A DNA stretch of 64,000 nt from Pseudomonadota bacterium. Lineage in GTDB: Bacteria > Desulfobacterota > Binatia > Binatales > Binataceae. Each line of letters opens with the position of its first letter. Position 1 is the first letter of the stretch. Below the pieces are notes generated by a model, which was not told the origin of the DNA, ran no database searches, and saw only the letters and a program-made list of their open reading frames with translations. Both the position numbers and the translations under genes were made by a program. This document shows, one piece after another, positions 38,243 through 48,306 of this stretch. Location: positions 10,654 through 74,653 of the forward strand of contig JAJPKP010000087.1 of assembly GCA_021323675.1 (NCBI GenBank). Direction: 5' to 3'.

Positions 38243-39234
38243 TATCTGCTGCTGTCGAACCTCTGCCGCGCGACTGCCGCCACCAGCAACCGCGCGATGA
38301 CGTTGAGTACGATCCCAAGGCCCAGAAGGACCAGACCGAGAGCGATCAGGGACGAGACGTAGAGGTCGCTGGTAGCTTCGGCGAACTCGTTGGCAATCAC
38401 GCTCGCCAGAGTTGCCGCCGGAGCGAACAGCGAGGCGGATATCTGCGGCGAATTGCCGATCACCATCGCCACGGCGATCGTTTCGCCCAGAGCGCGGCCC
38501 AGGCCCAGGATAATTGCGCCGATGATTCCGCTGAGCCCGTACGGCAGCACCGCCATCCGCACCATCTCCCACTTGGTGGCGCCCAAGGCAAGCGCGGCTT
38601 CCCGCTGGGTCGGCGGAACTACCCGGAAGACATCGGTACACACCGATGAGATGTAAGGGATAACCATGATGGCGAGCACGACACCCGCCGAGAACATCCC
38701 GACCGCCACCTTGGGTCCGGCAAAAATCGGCAAAAAGCCCAGATAAGTCCCGAGAAAGGACTCGACGTAATCACGCAGCCACGGCCCGAGAACGAAGATC
38801 GCCCACAAGCCGTAAACGACCGACGGAATTGCCGCCAGCAGATCGACCAGAAATCCCAGCCGGCGCGAGAGCCAGTCCGGCGCCATCTCGCTCAGGCACA
38901 GCGCCACTCCGAGGCTCAGCGGGACAGCGATCGCAAGCGCGATCGCCGAGGAGACGGCGGTCCCGTAGATGAACGGGAGCGCTCCATACAAATCGTTGAC
39001 CGGGTCCCAGTCAGAAGTGACCAGGAAGGAGAAGCCAAATTTCCGTATCGCCGGCATCGCGTCGACGATGAGCGCGATTGCCAGGGCGAAAAGCAGGATA
39101 AGGACGATTGCGGCAAGACCCAGAGTGACCAGGTTGAAGACCCGGTCCCCGAACAGGCGGACACGAACGCGCCGGCGGGTCTCACGCCCCACCACCGCCA
39201 CATTTTCCGCCACCGAGGTTCCCAATTCCGACAA
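38242..39234 (-). CDS. pstC: Phosphate ABC transporter permease PstC
   Basis: 330 aa with a TTG start. The EAA loop is [14 protein letters not shown]. Its position is upstream of pstA-pstB. Confidence 0.85.
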   Translation of the reverse strand: MSELGTSVAENVAVVGRETRRRVRVRLFGDRVFNLVTLGLAAIVLILLFALAIALIVDAMPAIRKFGFSFLVTSDWDPVNDLYGALPFIYGTAVSSAIALAIAVPLSLGVALCLSEMAPDWLSRRLGFLVDLLAAIPSVVYGLWAIFVLGPWLRDYVESFLGTYLGFLPIFAGPKVAVGMFSAGVVLAIMVIPYISSVCTDVFRVVPPTQREAALALGATKWEMVRMAVLPYGLSGIIGAIILGLGRALGETIAVAMVIGNSPQISASLFAPAATLASVIANEFAEATSDLYVSSLIALGLVLLGLGIVLNVIARLLVAAVARQRFDSSR

Positions 39235-39306
39235 TTAAGACCCGCTTGTCTTGCCCAGGCTCTGAGATAGACCCCGACGAAGTCCGGGCAGATTCCCTAC
39301 AAGCGA

Positions 39307-39338
39307 ATCTTAGCGATTGATTGTTACTGAGATGTTAA
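39307..39338 (-). promoter_or_regulatory. Candidate Pho-box-like direct repeats plus -10 element upstream of pstC
   Basis: The minus strand reads TTAACAT CTCAG TAACAAT CAATCGC TAAGAT. Two TAACA(T/A) hexamers start 11 bp apart, followed 8 nt later by a TAAGAT -10-like hexamer. This lies in an AT-richer spacer about 75-100 nt upstream of the pstC start. The architecture resembles PhoB sites; the sequence differs from the E. coli consensus. Confidence 0.3.
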
Positions 39339-39393
39339 TTGGGCTCGAAATCTCAATGAATACAATGCTTTTCCGCCTCTTGACGAAATCTGC

Positions 39394-40665
39394 TCAGAGG
39401 CCCGAAACCCGCTCCTCCCCATGCAGATAAGGCCTCAGCACCGCCGGGACGGTGATGCTGCCGTCTTCGTTCTGATAATTCTCCATTATCGCGATCATCG
39501 TCCGCGGAAGTGCCAGACCCGATCCATTGAGCGTGTGAACAAATTCCGGTTTACCCCCTTTCGGACGAAAGCGGATACCCGCCCGCCGGGCCTGAAAATC
39601 GGTGCAGTTCGAGACCGAGCTGACCTCGAGCCATTCGGCGCATCCCGGCGCCCACATCTCCAGGTCGTAGGTGACCGCGCTCGCAAAACTGAGATCGGCG
39701 GTGCATAGTTCGACGACCCGGTAAGGTATCTCGAGTCGCGCGCAGATCTCCTCCGCATTCGCGACCATCTTGTGGAACTCCTCATCCGAGGTCTCAGGCC
39801 GCACCAGCTTGACCATCTCCACCTTGTCAAACTGGTGTCCCCGCTTGATTCCGCGGACATCGCGCCCGGCCGACATCTTCTCGCGCCGGAAACACGGGGT
39901 GTACGCGGTCAGGTAAATCGGCAGACGGGCCTCATCGAGAATCTCGTCGCGATAAAGCGCGGTCAGAGGCACTTCGGCGGTCGGGATGAACCAGAAGTCC
40001 TCCTCGAAATCCTTGTACATCGTGTCGGCGTTCTTCGGGAGATGGCCCGTGCTGGTAGCCGTCGCGGTGTTGACCATCAGGGGCGGGAGGATTTCCAGGT
40101 ATCCCTGCTGGCGCTTCAGATCGAGCATCCAGGTGATCAGAGCGCGCTGCAGGCGGGCAAGCGACCCCATCATCACGTAAAAGCGCGTCCCCGCAAGCTT
40201 CACTCCGCGATCGAAATCGATAAGCCCGAGATTGGCCGCGAGGTCCCAATGCGGAATCGGCTTGAAGGATGTGAACTCCTGGGGAGTACCGACCGACTTG
40301 ATCACGCGATTGTCCGCCTCGCTCTTGCCGACGGTGACGTAGGGACGCGGAAGGTTGCGAATTCCCAGCATCAGGTCTTCGAACTGCCGTTCCACCTCCG
40401 TAAGTTCGCGTTCGCCGGCGGCGATCGTGTCGCCGAGCGCGCGCATCTCGGCGCGCTTTTTATCGCGCTCCTCGGGAGAGGCTTTTCCGAGTTCCCTGGA
40501 CTCGCGCGTGCGGCGCGCGCGCATCTCGTCGAGTTCGTGCTGAAGCCGGCGGCGGCGCGAGTCCGAATCGAGAACGCGGTCTATCTCGGCGGGCTCGACG
40601 CCGGTCTTGGCCAGTTCTGCTTTGACGAAATCGGGTTTCTCGCGGATTAGTCTGATGTCAAGCAT
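39394..40665 (-). CDS. serS: Seryl-tRNA synthetase
   Basis: 423 aa with an N-terminal coiled-coil arm. Class II motifs are present (TPCFRRE, GSGLALPRTMIAIMENYQ). Confidence 0.9.
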   Translation of the reverse strand: MLDIRLIREKPDFVKAELAKTGVEPAEIDRVLDSDSRRRRLQHELDEMRARRTRESRELGKASPEERDKKRAEMRALGDTIAAGERELTEVERQFEDLMLGIRNLPRPYVTVGKSEADNRVIKSVGTPQEFTSFKPIPHWDLAANLGLIDFDRGVKLAGTRFYVMMGSLARLQRALITWMLDLKRQQGYLEILPPLMVNTATATSTGHLPKNADTMYKDFEEDFWFIPTAEVPLTALYRDEILDEARLPIYLTAYTPCFRREKMSAGRDVRGIKRGHQFDKVEMVKLVRPETSDEEFHKMVANAEEICARLEIPYRVVELCTADLSFASAVTYDLEMWAPGCAEWLEVSSVSNCTDFQARRAGIRFRPKGGKPEFVHTLNGSGLALPRTMIAIMENYQNEDGSITVPAVLRPYLHGEERVSGL

Positions 40666-41103
40666 TCAGAATGCGTCCTTCAAATGTTCGAGGTGCGGAT
40701 TTCCGGGGCCGCTAAGGGCTATCACGTCGAAGCGCACCGGATGGCTGCCGGCCTTGTAGCCATTCGCGAAGATCTCGGCCGCACGCCGGATTCGCTCCTG
40801 CTTGCGCCGATTGACGGCCTCTTCGGGCGCGCCGGCGGAGTTGCCGGTACGGCGCTTGACCTCGATAAAAACCAGGGTGCCATGATCCATCGCGACCAGG
40901 TCGATTTCGGCGCCGCGGGCTCTGAAGTTGCGCGCCACGATTCGGAAGCCCTCGCGTCGCAGATACCGCTCGGCGATCTTTTCGCCCTCTCTGCCGAGCG
41001 CGACCCGCGACGGGGCAATTTCGGTTCTCCTCTTCCCGATAACCCGCAGCCACAGGCTGCGAACGGTGTCGATCACTGAATCCAAAACCGGCCCGAGCGT
41101 CAT
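40666..41103 (-). CDS. yraN: YraN-family (UPF0102) endonuclease-like protein
   Basis: GREGEKIAERYLRREGFRIVARNFRARGAEIDLVA..LVFIEVKRR is the typical YraN core. I prefer the ATG at 41103; the track start is 41181. The stop abuts the serS start (TGAATG). Confidence 0.7.
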   Translation of the reverse strand: MTLGPVLDSVIDTVRSLWLRVIGKRRTEIAPSRVALGREGEKIAERYLRREGFRIVARNFRARGAEIDLVAMDHGTLVFIEVKRRTGNSAGAPEEAVNRRKQERIRRAAEIFANGYKAGSHPVRFDVIALSGPGNPHLEHLKDAF

Positions 41104-41212
41104 CTTATATGCGTCCGTCGCTTGCCGCGAGATTTGCGCGACGGCCCCGCAGCCCGCCACCATCCCGCGTTCCCCTGACACGCAATGCCGAGGATGTTAC
41201 GATTGCGGGTCG

Positions 41213-41509
41213 ATGGCACTCAGCAAGATAACCCCTGAACAGGTGCGCCATGTCTCGCTTCTGGCGAGGCTCAGCCTCGCGCCGGACGAAGAGGAGCGGA
41301 TTCGCGCCAATATGGACGAAATCCTGGGCTACATCGACAAGCTCAACGAGCTTAACACCGATGGCGTCGAACCGACGGCCCAGGTCGGGGACCCGGGGAT
41401 GGCGATGCGCGACGACGTGGTAACCAACCATCCCGATCCCGAGGCGATGCTGGCGAATGCGCCGGCGCGCGAACGCGGCTACTTCAAGGTGCCGAAGATT
41501 ATCGAATGA
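41213..41509 (+). CDS. gatC: Glu/Asp-tRNA amidotransferase subunit C
   Basis: ATG at 41213 (MALSKITPEQVRHVSLLARLSL..) gives 98 aa. It is hidden in the 3-prime part of track ORF 40928-41509 and is followed by gatA and gatB. Confidence 0.85.
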   Translation: MALSKITPEQVRHVSLLARLSLAPDEEERIRANMDEILGYIDKLNELNTDGVEPTAQVGDPGMAMRDDVVTNHPDPEAMLANAPARERGYFKVPKIIE

Positions 41510-41532
41510 ACCGTACCTGCGAGCTCGCTTAG

Positions 41533-42999
41533 ATGGCATCGTCTTCCGAACTGAACCGGCTGACCATTGCGGAGGCATCGGATCGCCTTCGGCGGCGGGA
41601 AATTTCCGCCGTCGAGTTGACGCGCGCGTGTCTCGATCGAATTGCCGCCGTCGATTCGCGGCTCAATGCCTTTATCACCGTGACCGAGAAGGAAGCGCTC
41701 GAGCAGGCGCGCGCCGCCGACCATCGGCTCAGCTCCGGCCAGGCGCCCGCGCTGTGCGGCATCCCGCTCGGCATCAAGGACATCTACTGCACGAGCGGAG
41801 TCCGCACGACCTGCGCATCGAAGATCCTGGAGACCTTCGTGCCGCCGTTCGATGCGACCACGATCGCGAAACTGCGGGCCGAAGGCGCCGTGTTTGTCGG
41901 CAAGACGAACATGGACGAATTCGCGATGGGTTCATCGACGGAAAACTCCGCGTTCGGACCGACGATGAATCCGCACGATTTGACCCGTGTCGCGGGAGGA
42001 TCGTCGGGCGGATCCGCGGCCGCAGTTGCGGCCGATGAATGCCTGGCTTCGCTCGGCACCGACACGGGCGGTTCGATTCGCGAGCCCGCTTCGTTTTGCG
42101 GCGTGGTCGGAATAAAACCGACCTACAGCAGGGTGAGCCGTTACGGCGTGATCGCCTACGCATCTTCGCTCGACCAGGTGGGTCCGTTTGCGAAAACGGT
42201 GCGCGATGCGGCGATACTGCTACGCGCTCTGGCGGGAGCCGACCCCCGCGACTCGACCTGCTCGGCTCGCCCGGTGCCTGACTACGAACGGGCGCTGACC
42301 GCAGAGGTGAAGGGACTTCGGATCGGCGTGCCAAGGGAATATTTCGTCGAGGGGATGCAGCCTGAGGTCGAAAGTTCGGTGCGCGCGGCGCTCAAGCAAT
42401 ACGAATCGATGGGCGCGAAGACCGTCGAGATCTCGCTGCCGCATTCGAGCTACGCGATCGCCTGCTACTACATCGTGGCCACCGCCGAGGCGAGCGCGAA
42501 CCTGGCCCGCTACGACGGCGTCCGCTACGGACTGCGTGCCGCCGCTGAAGACAACATCGAGCTGAACGAAAAGACGCGCGAGCAGGGATTCGGCGCCGAA
42601 GTGAAGCGCCGCATCATGCTTGGCACCTTCGCCCTCTCGGCGGGCTACTACGATGCCTACTACCTGAAGGCGATGAAGGTGCGGACGCTGATTCGCCGCG
42701 ACTTCGAGCAGGCGTTCCAAAAATGCGACGTGATCGTCACCCCCGTCGCGCCGACTACCGCGTTCCGGCTCGGGGAGAAGATGTCGGATCCGCTGACGAT
42801 GTATCTGTCGGACATCTTTACGATCTCGGTGAACCTGGCCGGCTTGCCGGGCCTCGCGATGCCCTGCGGATACGACGGAAACAATCTGCCAATCGGCATG
42901 CAAATAATCGGGCCGCAGTTCAGCGAGGATGCGATTTTGCGCGCGGGCGATGCCTTTGAGCGCTCGGGTGCCGTGACGCTCAGGCGGCCAGCTTTGTAA
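41533..42999 (+). CDS. gatA: Glu/Asp-tRNA amidotransferase subunit A
   Basis: 488 aa with amidase signature [12 protein letters not shown]. Confidence 0.9.
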   Translation: MASSSELNRLTIAEASDRLRRREISAVELTRACLDRIAAVDSRLNAFITVTEKEALEQARAADHRLSSGQAPALCGIPLGIKDIYCTSGVRTTCASKILETFVPPFDATTIAKLRAEGAVFVGKTNMDEFAMGSSTENSAFGPTMNPHDLTRVAGGSSGGSAAAVAADECLASLGTDTGGSIREPASFCGVVGIKPTYSRVSRYGVIAYASSLDQVGPFAKTVRDAAILLRALAGADPRDSTCSARPVPDYERALTAEVKGLRIGVPREYFVEGMQPEVESSVRAALKQYESMGAKTVEISLPHSSYAIACYYIVATAEASANLARYDGVRYGLRAAAEDNIELNEKTREQGFGAEVKRRIMLGTFALSAGYYDAYYLKAMKVRTLIRRDFEQAFQKCDVIVTPVAPTTAFRLGEKMSDPLTMYLSDIFTISVNLAGLPGLAMPCGYDGNNLPIGMQIIGPQFSEDAILRAGDAFERSGAVTLRRPAL

Positions 43000-43013
43000 C
43001 GGATAATCCAGCG

Positions 43014-44447
43014 ATGAGCCACGACGCATACGAAGCGGTGATCGGACTCGAAGTCCACACCCATCTGCTCACCAGGTCGAAGCTGTTCTGCGGATGCTCC
43101 ACCGAGTTTGGCAGAGGGCCGAACGAAAACGTGTGTCCGGTCTGCATGGGAATGCCGGGCGTCCTGCCGGTGCTGAATCGTCACGCGGTCGAACTCGCGG
43201 TGCGGACCGGCATTGCCGCCAACTGCGAGATCGCGCCCCGCTCGATTTTCGATCGCAAAAGCTATTTCTACCCCGACCTGCCGAAGAACTACCAAATCTC
43301 CCAGTACGAAACTCCGATCTGCAAGGGCGGGTATATCGAGCTGCCCGGCGATGGCGCGGCGCGGCGCGTTCGCCTGGTGCGAATCCATATCGAGGAAGAC
43401 GCCGGCAAGAACATCCACGAAGCGAATTCAAGCCTCGTCGATTTTAATCGATCGGGTGTGCCGCTGGTCGAAATCGTGAGCGAGCCCGATATCCGGTCGG
43501 CGGAAGAAGCGGGCGCCTATCTTCGCGAGCTGCGCGACATCCTGCGCTACATCGGCGCTTCAGACGGGCGGATGGAGGAAGGCAGCTTTCGATGCGACGT
43601 CAACGTCTCGGTGCGCAAAAAAGGCGCCAGCGAGTACGGCGTCAAGACCGAGATAAAAAATCTCAATTCCTTTCGCTTTGTCGAAAAGGCGATCGAACAC
43701 GAAGTCGCCCGCCAGATCGAGGTGCTCGAATCAGGCGGAAAGGTCGCCCAGGAGACCCATCTGTGGGATCCCGATCGCGAAGAAACGCGCCCGATGCGAT
43801 CGAAGGAATTCGCCAACGATTATCGCTATTTCCCCGAACCCGATTTGCCGCCACTCGTCGTGCCTCCCGAGATGATCGACGCGATTCGAAGCTCGATGCC
43901 TGAGCTGCCGGCCGCCAGGCGCGCCCGTTACGCCCGCGATTATGGTTTGAGCGCATACGAAGTCGGCGTGCTCACGGCGGAAAAGGACACGGCGGACTAT
44001 TTCGAAGCCGTGCTGCCCGGCCTGAAAAATGCCCGCACCGCGGCGAACTGGGTGATGACCGAGGTTCTGCGCGTATCGAACGAAAGCGGCAAGCCGATCG
44101 CCCAGGCCGCTCCGCCCGCGTCCGAGGTCCGCGCTCTGCTCAAGATGGTCGAAGACCAGCAGATCAGCCTGAACGCCGCCAAGACCGCGTTCGCCGCGAT
44201 GTGCAAATCCGGCAAATCGGCGGACGCCACCGTCGCCGAACTCGGCCTCGCGCAGGTGTCGGATGAAGGCGCGATCGCGGCGGCATGCGACAAAGTGATA
44301 GCCGCGGAGGCCGGCAAGGTTGCCGAGTATCGCGGCGGCCGCGACAAGCTGTTCGGCTTTTTTGTCGGCCAGGTGATGAAGGCGATGGGCGGCAAGGCCA
44401 ACCCGAAAGTCATCAACGAAATCCTGAAGAAGAAACTGGCCGGCTGA
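43014..44447 (+). CDS. gatB: Glu/Asp-tRNA amidotransferase subunit B
   Basis: 477 aa. The N-terminus YEAVIGLEVHTHL and the C-terminal GatB/YqeY tail (GFFVGQVMKAMGGKANPKVINEILKKKL) are present. Confidence 0.9.
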   Translation: MSHDAYEAVIGLEVHTHLLTRSKLFCGCSTEFGRGPNENVCPVCMGMPGVLPVLNRHAVELAVRTGIAANCEIAPRSIFDRKSYFYPDLPKNYQISQYETPICKGGYIELPGDGAARRVRLVRIHIEEDAGKNIHEANSSLVDFNRSGVPLVEIVSEPDIRSAEEAGAYLRELRDILRYIGASDGRMEEGSFRCDVNVSVRKKGASEYGVKTEIKNLNSFRFVEKAIEHEVARQIEVLESGGKVAQETHLWDPDREETRPMRSKEFANDYRYFPEPDLPPLVVPPEMIDAIRSSMPELPAARRARYARDYGLSAYEVGVLTAEKDTADYFEAVLPGLKNARTAANWVMTEVLRVSNESGKPIAQAAPPASEVRALLKMVEDQQISLNAAKTAFAAMCKSGKSADATVAELGLAQVSDEGAIAAACDKVIAAEAGKVAEYRGGRDKLFGFFVGQVMKAMGGKANPKVINEILKKKLAG

Positions 44448-44449
44448 CA

Positions 44450-44482
44450 TTTCCCGCCGCGTCAGCCGCGCGGCAGGGAAAG
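44450..44482. terminator. Imperfect hairpin between convergent gatB and the NMO gene
   Basis: tttcccgccgcg tcag ccgcgcggcagggaaa forms a roughly 12-bp stem with one bulge. It is flanked by TTT/AAA, so it could act in both directions. Confidence 0.35.
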
Positions 44483-44492
44483 AGACTCCCGT

Positions 44493-45512
44493 TCAGCGCA
44501 CCAGCGGAGCGAGGCGGCCCGAAATTGCGGCGCGGGCTTCTTCCGCAATGCGCCGGACGATCTCTTTCGCGGGTAGAATCTCCCGAACCAGGCTTACCGA
44601 TTCGCCGGCATAGAACGGCAGGCTCTCGATATCGCCCTCGATGTAATCGGCCGGCGCCATCACCGTGTACTTCACCATGGGAACCTCGAGGCCGCGGTTG
44701 CGCATCGTGCCGATTTGCCGGCCCTCGCCGGGGCGATGGCCTGACTCGGGGCATCCCGCCCGCTCCCATTCCTCCACGACCTTGGTGCGCAGAACGCGAT
44801 GGGCGGCATCGGGCCATCCGATGTCGTAAAGTTTGGTGTGCACGGTTTCTGACGCATGCGCGGAGAGCAGGCGCTTCTTGTAAACGGGATGAGCGGCAGA
44901 TTCCTCGGAGGCGAGAAAGCGAGTGCCAAATACGGCGCCGTCAGCGCCGAGGGCGAGAACCGCGGCAAGCCCGCGGCCATCGACGATACCGCCCGCGGCA
45001 AGCATCGGCAGGTCGCCGATCGCATCGCGAACTTCGGGAATCAGCGCGAGCGTCGTGACGGTTCCGCGCACGTGTCCTCCCGCCTCGAATCCCTGCGCGA
45101 TAATCGCGTCGGCGCCGGCGCGCTTCGCCGCCAGCGCCTCTTCAGCCGAGCCGCACTGCCAGATGACGCGCCGCACGCCCTCCGCTTTCGCTTGCGGAAT
45201 CATCGCGGCAGGGTCGCCCCAAAACATAGTGACCGCGTCGATCGGTTCCCGGGCAAGGAGCTTCAAGTTTCCCTCGCGCAGGAACGGCACGAGCAGGTTT
45301 ACGCACAAGGGCTTGCGGGTAAGCGCTCGGGCCGCGGAAATTTCCGAAAGCATCGCCTCGGGAGTAAAGCCCGCCAGCGCGACCGTGCCCATCCCGCCCG
45401 CTTCGCTGACCGCGGCGGCGAGCGGCGCCAGCGCAACTCCGCCCATGCCTGCGCTTACGATCGGCAGCTCGATTCCGAAAAGGTCGCAAATTCGCGTGTG
45501 CAGCATGGCCAA
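44493..45512 (-). CDS. Nitronate monooxygenase / FabK-like NAD(P)H-dependent flavin oxidoreductase
   Basis: 339-aa TIM-barrel FMN protein. The N-terminus LFGIELPIVSAGMGGVA is typical of the NMO (2-nitropropane dioxygenase) family. Confidence 0.75.
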   Translation of the reverse strand: MAMLHTRICDLFGIELPIVSAGMGGVALAPLAAAVSEAGGMGTVALAGFTPEAMLSEISAARALTRKPLCVNLLVPFLREGNLKLLAREPIDAVTMFWGDPAAMIPQAKAEGVRRVIWQCGSAEEALAAKRAGADAIIAQGFEAGGHVRGTVTTLALIPEVRDAIGDLPMLAAGGIVDGRGLAAVLALGADGAVFGTRFLASEESAAHPVYKKRLLSAHASETVHTKLYDIGWPDAAHRVLRTKVVEEWERAGCPESGHRPGEGRQIGTMRNRGLEVPMVKYTVMAPADYIEGDIESLPFYAGESVSLVREILPAKEIVRRIAEEARAAISGRLAPLVR

Positions 45513-45548
45513 CTCCAGGCAATCCGCCGCCGCGCGGAAGGCGGCGGG

Positions 45549-45977
45549 CTACGGACTCTCCTGCGCGTAGTCCCACGAAATGACGCGGTCCGGCTTGAAG
45601 CGCACGATCACGAGTTCTTCGCCCCGGAGCGATTTGGCATACGCCTCGCCGTTCTTCTTGCCCAGATAAGCGACCGCCATCCGCTTCACCCGGGCGTCAT
45701 CGGTTCCCCGGGTCATCGTCGCGGCACCTTTGAGAATCACGCATTTGTAGGGCGGTTTCTTCGTGTCCACCACGAGCGTCACGCGCGAGTCGCGCGAGAG
45801 GCATTTGTATTTGAAAGCCTCCGCGCCGGTGTGAAACACGACTTCGCCCGCGCGATATTCGTACCAGGTCGGCACCGCATGCGGGGCGCCGTCGGGGGCG
45901 GTCACGGCGACCACGGCGATATTGGGTTCGCGCAGAAGTTTTTCGATCGCGGACTTTTTCATCGGCATCGAATTCAA
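45549..45977 (-). CDS. Pyridoxamine 5-prime-phosphate oxidase family (PPOX-class, possibly F420-dependent) protein
   Basis: 142 aa with a split-barrel-type sequence (IAVVAVTAPDGAPHAVPTWYEY..VVFHT). Confidence 0.6.
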   Translation of the reverse strand: MNSMPMKKSAIEKLLREPNIAVVAVTAPDGAPHAVPTWYEYRAGEVVFHTGAEAFKYKCLSRDSRVTLVVDTKKPPYKCVILKGAATMTRGTDDARVKRMAVAYLGKKNGEAYAKSLRGEELVIVRFKPDRVISWDYAQESP

Positions 45978-46031
45978 GCCTCGCTCAACTACGGTTAATC
46001 CGGATCGGGTCGAAAGCGGAAGGCCCGCCTG

Positions 46032-46832
46032 CTATCGCCCTTTGAAATCCGGTTTGCGCTTCTCCTTGAATGCGCGCAGGCCTTCGCGCACGTCTTCCGA
46101 CGGGTTGGTGATCATCACGTTCAGCGCCGCGTCCTCGAGGGCGTTGGCGAGCGTCATCTCCTGCTGCTTGTACATCATCCGCTTCGCGGTCCTGATCGCG
46201 AGCGGAGGACCATCCGCAAGCCGCCGCGCCAGTTCTTCGGCGCGCTCCATGAGCTTCGCGTGCGGAACGACCTCGGTGACCAATCCCAGCTCGAAAGCGG
46301 TTTTTGCATCGTACACTTCGGACAGCAGCGTCATCTTGAGCGCCCGATCCAGCCCCATCACGCGCGGAAAGAAGTACGCGCCGCCTTCGTCGCAAAGCAG
46401 GCCGAATTTGAGCGCGGTGTCCCCAAGCCGGGCCTCGTCCGAAGCGATTCGGAAGTCGCAGCAGAGCGCCAGCGTCAGTCCGCCGGCGACGGCGGCGCCA
46501 TTGATTGCCGCGATAGCGGGTTTGTCGAAGCGGTTCAGCGAAAGAACGAGCTGATGAAACCCCTCGCGCATCTCCAGCAGATGGCCCATCGGATGTCCAT
46601 GAAAGCGCGACGCGGCATCGGGAGCGCCGCTGATATCTCCACCCGCGCAGAAGGCGCGGCCGGTGCCGGTTACGATCAATACCCGGACGTTGTCGTCCTG
46701 CCGGGCGAGATCGATGGCGGCCATCAGTTCCTTGACCATCGGTTCGCTGTATCCGTTCATCCGTTCCGGCCGGTTGATCGTGATTTTCGCGATGTGCTCG
46801 CGCGTGTCGTAGATGATCGTTCGGAAGTCCAT
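46032..46832 (-). CDS. Enoyl-CoA hydratase/isomerase family protein
   Basis: ATG at 46832 (MDFRTIIYDTREHIAKITINRPERMN..) is preceded by AAGGAGG with a 6-nt spacer. The crotonase oxyanion region is FCAGGDI. 266 aa. The track start at 46874 is an extension. Confidence 0.85.
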   Translation of the reverse strand: MDFRTIIYDTREHIAKITINRPERMNGYSEPMVKELMAAIDLARQDDNVRVLIVTGTGRAFCAGGDISGAPDAASRFHGHPMGHLLEMREGFHQLVLSLNRFDKPAIAAINGAAVAGGLTLALCCDFRIASDEARLGDTALKFGLLCDEGGAYFFPRVMGLDRALKMTLLSEVYDAKTAFELGLVTEVVPHAKLMERAEELARRLADGPPLAIRTAKRMMYKQQEMTLANALEDAALNVMITNPSEDVREGLRAFKEKRKPDFKGR

Positions 46833-46990
46833 TGGGGTCCTCCTTGCATCAATCGTGCGGACGGTATTTGTCATGTCTTATCAACTTCACCGAGACGAGG
46901 GATAGATGCGGAGGCGGAAGCTCGATAACCCCGCTCATGCCGGAGTGTTGCGGTGCGGCGGCGTCCCAATGATAATTGGAGCCGTTTTCC

Positions 46991-47701
46991 ATGAACGGAA
47001 TTCACGACATGGGCGGGATGGACGGCTTCGGGCCGGTCGTGCCCGAGCGCGATGAACCCGTTTTCCACGAGGAGTGGGAAAAGCGGGTTTTTGGCTTGAC
47101 CAACTTCGTGCTCGGCAGGATTGGGCGGAACGTCGATGAATTCCGCCACGCGATCGAGCGCATTCCGCCGGCGCGCTATCTGTCGTCGTCGTATTACGAG
47201 CGATGGCTACAGGCCGCTGAGACACTGCTCCGCGAGCACGGGATCTTGACCCGAGAAGAGCTGGATGGGTTGCCGGACGCGAAGCTGGCGGCCGCTGCGA
47301 AGCCGGCGGCGCAGCCGGCCGCGCCGGAACGAAAGCGCCCGAAGGCGAGCGCGAGATTCAAACCGGGAGATCGGGTCCTGGTCCGGAACATCAACCCGCC
47401 CGGGCACACTCGATGTCCGCGCTACGCCAGGGGCAAACGCGGGGTTATCCGCCGCGACTACGGAACCTACGTCTTTCCCGACACGAATGCGCATCGCGCG
47501 GGCGAAAACGCGCAGCATGTGTACTCGGTCGAATTCAGCTCGCGCGAGCTTTGGGGCAAGAGCGCGCCGGAACGAGTGATGCTCGATCTGTGGGAAGATT
47601 ATCTTGAGCCTGCGGACGAAAGCCGGTCGCGCGGCAAACCGCGCGCTCGCGCCCGCTCCGCGGCGGCGAAAAGAACCCGCAACAAGGGGCGCAAGCGATG
47701 A
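46991..47701 (+). CDS. nthB: Nitrile hydratase beta subunit
   Basis: [16 protein letters not shown] is the canonical beta-subunit N-terminus. The C-terminal SH3-like region is [35 protein letters not shown]. The gene ends in a basic tail, and its stop overlaps the alpha start (ATGA). Confidence 0.85.
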   Translation: MNGIHDMGGMDGFGPVVPERDEPVFHEEWEKRVFGLTNFVLGRIGRNVDEFRHAIERIPPARYLSSSYYERWLQAAETLLREHGILTREELDGLPDAKLAAAAKPAAQPAAPERKRPKASARFKPGDRVLVRNINPPGHTRCPRYARGKRGVIRRDYGTYVFPDTNAHRAGENAQHVYSVEFSSRELWGKSAPERVMLDLWEDYLEPADESRSRGKPRARARSAAAKRTRNKGRKR

Positions 47702-48306
47702 GCGGAAATCATCACGACACCTCCGAGCACGGACCGGCGGCGCGCGTAAAGGCGCTGGAGCAGCTCCTGATCGAAAAGGGCCTGATCGACTCCGCAGGCA
47801 TCGATCAGATCGTGGACGCGTACGAAAACAAGATTGGACCGCGCAACGGCGCCCGCGTGGTCGCGCGCGCATGGACCGATCCCGCCTTCAAGAAGAGACT
47901 GCTCACGGATGCCGTGGCGGCGTGCGGGGAGCTTGGAATCGCGGGACCGGAGGGCGGCCATATGGTCGCGGTGGAAAACACCCCGCGTGTCCATAACATG
48001 GTCGTATGCACGCTCTGCTCATGCTATCCGTGGCCGGTCCTCGGCCTGCCTCCGGTCTGGTACAAGAGCTTCGCCTACCGATCCCGCGCGGTGAGCGATC
48101 CTCGCGGAGTGCTGCGCGATTTCGGGCTCGAACTGCCCGACGACGTCGAGATCCGGGTATGGGATTCGAGCGCCGAGCAACGCTACCTGGTGCTGCCCGA
48201 GCGTCCACCGGGCACCGAAAACTTCACTGAGGACGAGCTGGCCGCACTCGTCACGCGTGATTCGATGATCGGAGTCGCCAAAGTAGCGCCGGCGAAGAAA
48301 CAATGA
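47698..48306 (+). CDS. nthA: Nitrile hydratase alpha subunit, cobalt type
   Basis: The metal claw is [18 protein letters not shown]. The C-T-L-C-S-C-Y form is the Co-type variant; Fe-type enzymes have C-S-L-C-S-C-T. Confidence 0.85.
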   Translation: MSGNHHDTSEHGPAARVKALEQLLIEKGLIDSAGIDQIVDAYENKIGPRNGARVVARAWTDPAFKKRLLTDAVAACGELGIAGPEGGHMVAVENTPRVHNMVVCTLCSCYPWPVLGLPPVWYKSFAYRSRAVSDPRGVLRDFGLELPDDVEIRVWDSSAEQRYLVLPERPPGTENFTEDELAALVTRDSMIGVAKVAPAKKQ

